From contig JBEHYY010000001.1 of assembly GCA_048497935.1 (NCBI GenBank), positions 129,977-193,976 on the forward strand: a stretch of DNA of 64,000 nt, in the 5' to 3' direction. Both the position numbers and the translations under genes were made by a program. Shown piece by piece: positions 58,207-64,000 of the stretch; within the stretch, counting starts at the first letter, position 1, and each line of letters starts with the position of its first letter. Source of the stretch: Verrucomicrobiota bacterium (GTDB lineage Bacteria > Verrucomicrobiota > Verrucomicrobiia > Opitutales > JABDGR01). Under the pieces are notes generated by a model. The model saw only the letters and a program-made list of their open reading frames with translations. It was not told the DNA's origin and ran no database searches.

Positions 58207-59919
58207 GTGGATTACGACGAGCCCAACCCGCGCAAGCGGTTGTACATCATCCTTGGGGTGGCGGCGGTGTTGCTGTTGGCGGCGGGGCTGGCGGCGCGCC
58301 CGGCATACCGCTGGTTCAAGCAGTGGCGGGCGCTGCAGATGGCCGAGGCCTCGGCGCAGGCCCTGCGCAGCAAGGACTTGAAGACCGCGGCGGAAAAGGC
58401 GGAAAGCGCCATGCGCTTGTGGCCCTGGGATGCGCGGGTGACGCGGCAGGAGGCCCGGGTGCTCTCCGCGGGAAACCCCGCGGCGGCCCTGCCGATGTGG
58501 CTGCAGACGTGGAGTATGTCGCACGAGGTGGGCGATTTGCGCGAGGTGGTGAACTCGGCCATCCGGGCGGCGAACAATCCGCTGGCGGTCGAATATTTTG
58601 CCCTGCTTCAGAAGGCCGACCCGCAAAACCCGGCGACCTGGTTTCTGGAAGGGGAAATCCGCTACAACCAGCAACAATGGCCGGAAGCCCTGGCAGCGTT
58701 GAAAAAAGTGATCGACGCCCCGGACGCCCCGCCGGAAGCGCATTTCCTCTATGCCACCGCCGCCGTCCATACGGCCGACCCGGTGTTGGCCCGCGAGGGG
58801 TTAAGCCATCTGAATGCTTTGACGGAGCGCACCGACCAACTGGGCCTGGGCGCGTTGCGGGTGCTCGGCACCTACGATGCGTTGTCGGCCACCGATGCCG
58901 GCGTGGTGGCCACCAAGCTGCAAAACCACCCCTTGGCGACTCGCGGGGACAAGCTGCTCGCCCTGCGCCTGTCCAGCCGCCAACCCGGCGTGGACGAGGC
59001 ATCCCTCATCAAAGCCGCGCATAGTTTATTCCCGCCCAACGACCCCGACGCCTTGGACATCGTGGGCCTGTGGCTGATGAGCCAGGGCAAATACGCCGCC
59101 GTCCTCCAATTGATTGATTCGGAGACGGCGTTGACGCGCAAAGACCTCTTCCTACTGCGCTCCGATGCCATGGCGGCGCTGGGCCAGTGGCAGGCGATTG
59201 AGCAGTCGCTCAGCTCCACCAACCCCCGCCCGCCCCTGCCCGAAGCCGAACGCTTGCTGTGCGAGGCCCGGGCGTTGACCGAGCTTGGCCAGGGCCCGAG
59301 TGCGCAGCTGGCTTGGGAGCGTATCGTCAACGCCGTGGGCAATGAGCCGGCGAAGTTGTATGATGTGGCCATGTATGCGGTGAAGCTGAAGCTCGACGAC
59401 ATCGCGCGCCCGGCCTTCCAACGGTTGCTAAAGACGGCCGAACGCCGCCGGGAGGCATTCGAGCAGTTGATCCACCTTGAGATACGTGCGCACAACACCG
59501 CCGCCGTCCACCAGCTGCTCCTTGAACTGGGCAAAGATTTCCCGGACGACGCTTTTGCCCAGAACGACACGCTCTACACCGGCTTTTTACTGGGCACCGC
59601 CGAACCGGACAAACTGGCCGCCGCCCACAAATTGGTGGCCGATAGCAAGGTGCCCTATCTTTCCTACCGCGTGACGCTGGCGCTCGGGCTGCTCATCGCC
59701 GGACAACCGGCCGACGCGCTCAAGGTCTTTGATGGCGTCACGGCCAGCACCTGGCCCACGACCACCCCGGGCTGGAACGCCGTGTACGTCGGCGTGTTGC
59801 GCGCGAATGGCCAGCGGGACCTGGCCAGCCGCATTGAACAATCCATCAAAGCGGACGACCTGCTGCCCGAGGAAAAGAAACTGCTGGCCATTCCCCTGCC
59901 CCCGGAAGTGGTGAAGTAA
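58207..59919 (+). CDS. Membrane-anchored tetratricopeptide-repeat protein
   Basis: N-terminal TM helix; TPR motif DPQNPATWFLEGEIRYNQQQWPEA; GTG start uncertain. Confidence 0.75.
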   Translation: MDYDEPNPRKRLYIILGVAAVLLLAAGLAARPAYRWFKQWRALQMAEASAQALRSKDLKTAAEKAESAMRLWPWDARVTRQEARVLSAGNPAAALPMWLQTWSMSHEVGDLREVVNSAIRAANNPLAVEYFALLQKADPQNPATWFLEGEIRYNQQQWPEALAALKKVIDAPDAPPEAHFLYATAAVHTADPVLAREGLSHLNALTERTDQLGLGALRVLGTYDALSATDAGVVATKLQNHPLATRGDKLLALRLSSRQPGVDEASLIKAAHSLFPPNDPDALDIVGLWLMSQGKYAAVLQLIDSETALTRKDLFLLRSDAMAALGQWQAIEQSLSSTNPRPPLPEAERLLCEARALTELGQGPSAQLAWERIVNAVGNEPAKLYDVAMYAVKLKLDDIARPAFQRLLKTAERRREAFEQLIHLEIRAHNTAAVHQLLLELGKDFPDDAFAQNDTLYTGFLLGTAEPDKLAAAHKLVADSKVPYLSYRVTLALGLLIAGQPADALKVFDGVTASTWPTTTPGWNAVYVGVLRANGQRDLASRIEQSIKADDLLPEEKKLLAIPLPPEVVK

Positions 59920-59925
59920 AAAAAC

Positions 59926-61281
<1,356 letters not shown>

Positions 61282-61358
61282 GCGTCAGCTAGGCCCGCAT
61301 TAAACCATAATTCCCCGCCCCAAGGCAAAACAAAACGAGCGTTCGGCGAGCGCGTTTT

Positions 61359-61682
61359 TTACGCGGCGGCAGGGCGCTGTTTCGCCCCAACCCGCGCGCC
61401 CCGTCTTTGGGATTTCGTTTTCTTTGCAGCCGCCTGAATGAGGGCGAGCTTCTTCTCCCGCGGCCAGGTTTTGATTTCATATTCCCGCTGCCGGGCCGGG
61501 CGCAGGGCGGAGAAGGATTCACTGTAAACCAAGGCCACGGGCCGGCGCGTGCGGGTATAGCGCGCGCCCTGCCGGGTGTGGTTGTGGTGGTGCAGGCGCC
61601 GTTCGAGATTGTTGGTGCAACCCGCATAGAGCGAGTCATCCGCGCACCGCAAAAGATAAACGTGATGGAGAACGGCCTTCAC
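61359..61682 (-). CDS. GIY-YIG nuclease family protein (UPF0213/YhbQ-like)
   Basis: VYLLRCADDSLYAGCTNNLERRL..H..GARYT..REYEIK. Confidence 0.88.
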   Translation of the reverse strand: MKAVLHHVYLLRCADDSLYAGCTNNLERRLHHHNHTRQGARYTRTRRPVALVYSESFSALRPARQREYEIKTWPREKKLALIQAAAKKTKSQRRGARVGAKQRPAAA

Positions 61683-61748
61683 TGGCTCTCCGTTCTAGGG
61701 AACCACGCGGAAAAAGCAACGATGCGCCGCCGTCCTGACCGGCCCGGC

Positions 61749-62342
61749 TTACTTCCGTTCCGGCTTGATGACAACATGGTCCACCAAGCCATAGGCCTTC
61801 GCCTCCTCGGCTGTCATATAGAAATCGCGGTCGGAGTCTTTTTCAATCTGCTCGACCGTCTTGCCGGAGTGCTTGGCCAAGGTTTCGTTGATGACCCGGC
61901 GCCAGCGGAGAATTTCCTTGGCGGCGATGGAGATGTCGGACGTCTGCCCCGTCGCGCCGCCGGTGGGCTGGTGCATCATGATGCGGCTGTTGGGCAGGGC
62001 GTAGCGCTTGCCCTTGGTGCCCGCGGAGAGGAGCACGGTGGCCATGCTGGCGGCCATGCCAACGCTGTAGGTCACCACATCGCAGGAGAGGAAGTTTATG
62101 GTGTCGTAAATCGCCATGCCCGCGGTGACGCTGCCGCCGGGGGAGTTGATGTAGATGTGGATGTCCTTCTTGGAATCCTCCATCTGGAGGTAGAGCAACT
62201 GCGCGATGATGTCGTTGGCGATGTGGTCGTAAATCGGCACGCCGAGGAAGATGATGCGGTCCTTCAGGAGGCGCGAATACACGTCCCAGCTTTTTTCGCT
62301 GCGGCCATCGCGTTCGACAACATTGGGAAGGACGTAGGTCAT
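61749..62342 (-). CDS. clpP: ATP-dependent Clp protease proteolytic subunit
   Basis: [23 protein letters not shown] (Ser), HQP (His), RDFYM (Asp). Confidence 0.97.
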   Translation of the reverse strand: MTYVLPNVVERDGRSEKSWDVYSRLLKDRIIFLGVPIYDHIANDIIAQLLYLQMEDSKKDIHIYINSPGGSVTAGMAIYDTINFLSCDVVTYSVGMAASMATVLLSAGTKGKRYALPNSRIMMHQPTGGATGQTSDISIAAKEILRWRRVINETLAKHSGKTVEQIEKDSDRDFYMTAEEAKAYGLVDHVVIKPERK

Positions 62343-62434
62343 GGCGGAAAGGGTTTAAGGATGAAAAAGGCAGGATACACTAAACCTAAACGGCGGAAAA
62401 TTCATCCTGAATTGGAAAAAAAACGCCGCAAAAC

Positions 62435-63751
62435 CTATTTCGCGGGCGCGGGGGTGACCTTAGCCTCCTTGACGATGAAATCAAGCGTCTTCGAATGCAG
62501 GACAAAGCGCTGGAGCTGGGCGAGCAGGCTGCGGTCTTCCTGCAGGCGCTTGACGATTTGCTCCGGGCGCTGGCGGGTCATGATGGCCTCCTGCATGATG
62601 CGGCGGTGGAGGTCCTCGTTCTCGACCTTGATGTTTTCCTTCTCGGCGATCTTGAGGAGGATCATGAGCGTCTTCACGCGGCCGGCGGCGGCGCTGTGGG
62701 CGCTCTTGAACAAGGCTTCCTTGTTTTTCTCAAATTCCTCCTCGGGGATACCGGCGCGCATCTGGCGCTCGAGGTAGTCGCGCAGCAGGCTCTGCGTCTC
62801 GTTCTCGACGGCGCTTTCGGGCAGCGGGAAATCCACCGCCCCGGTGAGGGCCTTGACCACCTGCTCGCGGCCGGCGGCGGCGCTGTCCTGTTCCTTGCGG
62901 GACTTCAGGTCGTCGCGCACGCGCTCGCGCAGTTGCTCGGCATTCTCCACCTGGAGCGATTTCAGGAAGGCATCATCCAGCGCGGCGGGGCGTTTTTCGC
63001 GCACTTCGAGCACTTCGAGGGCGTAGGAGGCCGTCTTGCCGGCAAGGGCGGGCACTTCAAAATCCGCGGGGAAGGCATGGGTGACGTCCTTCTTGTCATT
63101 GGCCTTCAGGCCGATGATGCCGTCGATAATCGCGCGCACGCCGGGGGCGGTGGTGGAGCCGGCCTCCTCCCAGGTGCTGTTCTGCGTGCCGTAAATGGGC
63201 TGGTCGGGGCTGATTTCGGCAATGGGCTTGCCGTCAATCGTGCCGGTGTAGTTAAGGCGGACAAAGTCGCCAGTGGCCGCGGCGCGCTCCACCACCGCAT
63301 AGTCCGCGCGCTGGTTGCGCAGCTCGGTGATGGCGGTATCAACATCGGCATCGGTGACTTCCACCGTCGGCACGGTGATGGGCAGGCCCTTGTATTCGGG
63401 CAGGGCAAACTCGGGCTGCACATCGACGGTGATCTTCAGCACCGCATCCTTGCCCACCGCAATGGCGTCGCCATCCACATTGACGGCGGCGAAAATGTTG
63501 ACCTTGGACTCCTTGACGGCGTACTCATACGCCTTGCTGGTGACCTTGCGCTGGAGCTCTTCGGTAATCTCCTTGGCGTAGCGGCGTTTGACCATGTCCA
63601 CCGGGGCTTTGCCGGGACGGAAGCCCGGCAGGCGGACGGATTGGGCAAACTCACCCACCAGGGATTTTTCTTCGGCGGCGACTTCCCCGGCGGGGACCGT
63701 CACCACCAGCGTCTTGCGGGTGGGAGAGACTTCTTCGATGGCGATGTTCAC
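62435..63751 (-). CDS. tig: Trigger factor
   Basis: GFRPGKAP ribosome-binding motif; FKBP domain; GTG start 63751; tig-clpP-clpX synteny. Confidence 0.95.
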   Translation of the reverse strand: MNIAIEEVSPTRKTLVVTVPAGEVAAEEKSLVGEFAQSVRLPGFRPGKAPVDMVKRRYAKEITEELQRKVTSKAYEYAVKESKVNIFAAVNVDGDAIAVGKDAVLKITVDVQPEFALPEYKGLPITVPTVEVTDADVDTAITELRNQRADYAVVERAAATGDFVRLNYTGTIDGKPIAEISPDQPIYGTQNSTWEEAGSTTAPGVRAIIDGIIGLKANDKKDVTHAFPADFEVPALAGKTASYALEVLEVREKRPAALDDAFLKSLQVENAEQLRERVRDDLKSRKEQDSAAAGREQVVKALTGAVDFPLPESAVENETQSLLRDYLERQMRAGIPEEEFEKNKEALFKSAHSAAAGRVKTLMILLKIAEKENIKVENEDLHRRIMQEAIMTRQRPEQIVKRLQEDRSLLAQLQRFVLHSKTLDFIVKEAKVTPAPAK

Positions 63752-63953
63752 GGTAGTGGTAAAAAAAGGTTCGCAGGGCAGGCGCCCCGCATGTCGGGAA
63801 ACCGTCCATAAAACCACCCCGCCCTCCGGGGGTCAATGGCGGAATTGGCTGTTCTTTTTCCAATTTCGGCAGGGCCGGCCCGCCGCCTGGTTTAATTGCT
63901 GTCGAAACGGCATGATTCCGGCTATAGTGTCGCCCACCCGCCCCCGCTTTCCC

Positions 63954-64000
63954 ATGCTCTCCCGCGTTGCCGATAGTCTCTACTGGCTCAGCCGCTATAT
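63954..64000 (+). CDS. Alpha-E domain (DUF403) protein, 5' partial
   Basis: MLSRVADSLYWLSRY signature N-terminus. Confidence 0.8.
   Translation, partial: MLSRVADSLYWLSRY

Overview
GC-rich bacterial chromosome segment, most likely Verrucomicrobiota/Opitutae (inferred from pyrimidine-rich, SD-less leaders and protein types; not database-checked). Left arm (1-24.5 kb) is mostly core: argJ-argB-argD-argF-argG, a DUF4838-like protein, galK, a beta-barrel/Wza/Wzc export trio with a divergent poly-Gly secreted protein, sod, mpg, dtd, EamA, photolyase, rnpB, EVE, and a Trp/Tyr/Asp-rich repeat protein. A ~21 kb lower-GC island (24561-45710) sits in tRNA-Arg(TCT), bounded by a 39-bp direct repeat that is the 5' half of the tRNA. 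It carries a dead integrase, a glycosyl/sulfo/methyltransferase cassette, and a tandem-duplicated module of one small secreted beta-protein plus two membrane-anchored alpha-solenoid proteins. Right of the island is a co-oriented, signal-peptide-bearing operon: two anchorless YadA-head fibres, an adaptor-like protein, a 2051-aa Rhs with a Cys-less transglutaminase-like domain, a HEAT-repeat immunity candidate and an orphan Rhs remnant. The fibres, adaptor and Rhs body are extremely rich in N-X-S/T sequons. The window ends with tig-clpP-(GIY-YIG)-clpX. All family calls come from motif recognition by eye.
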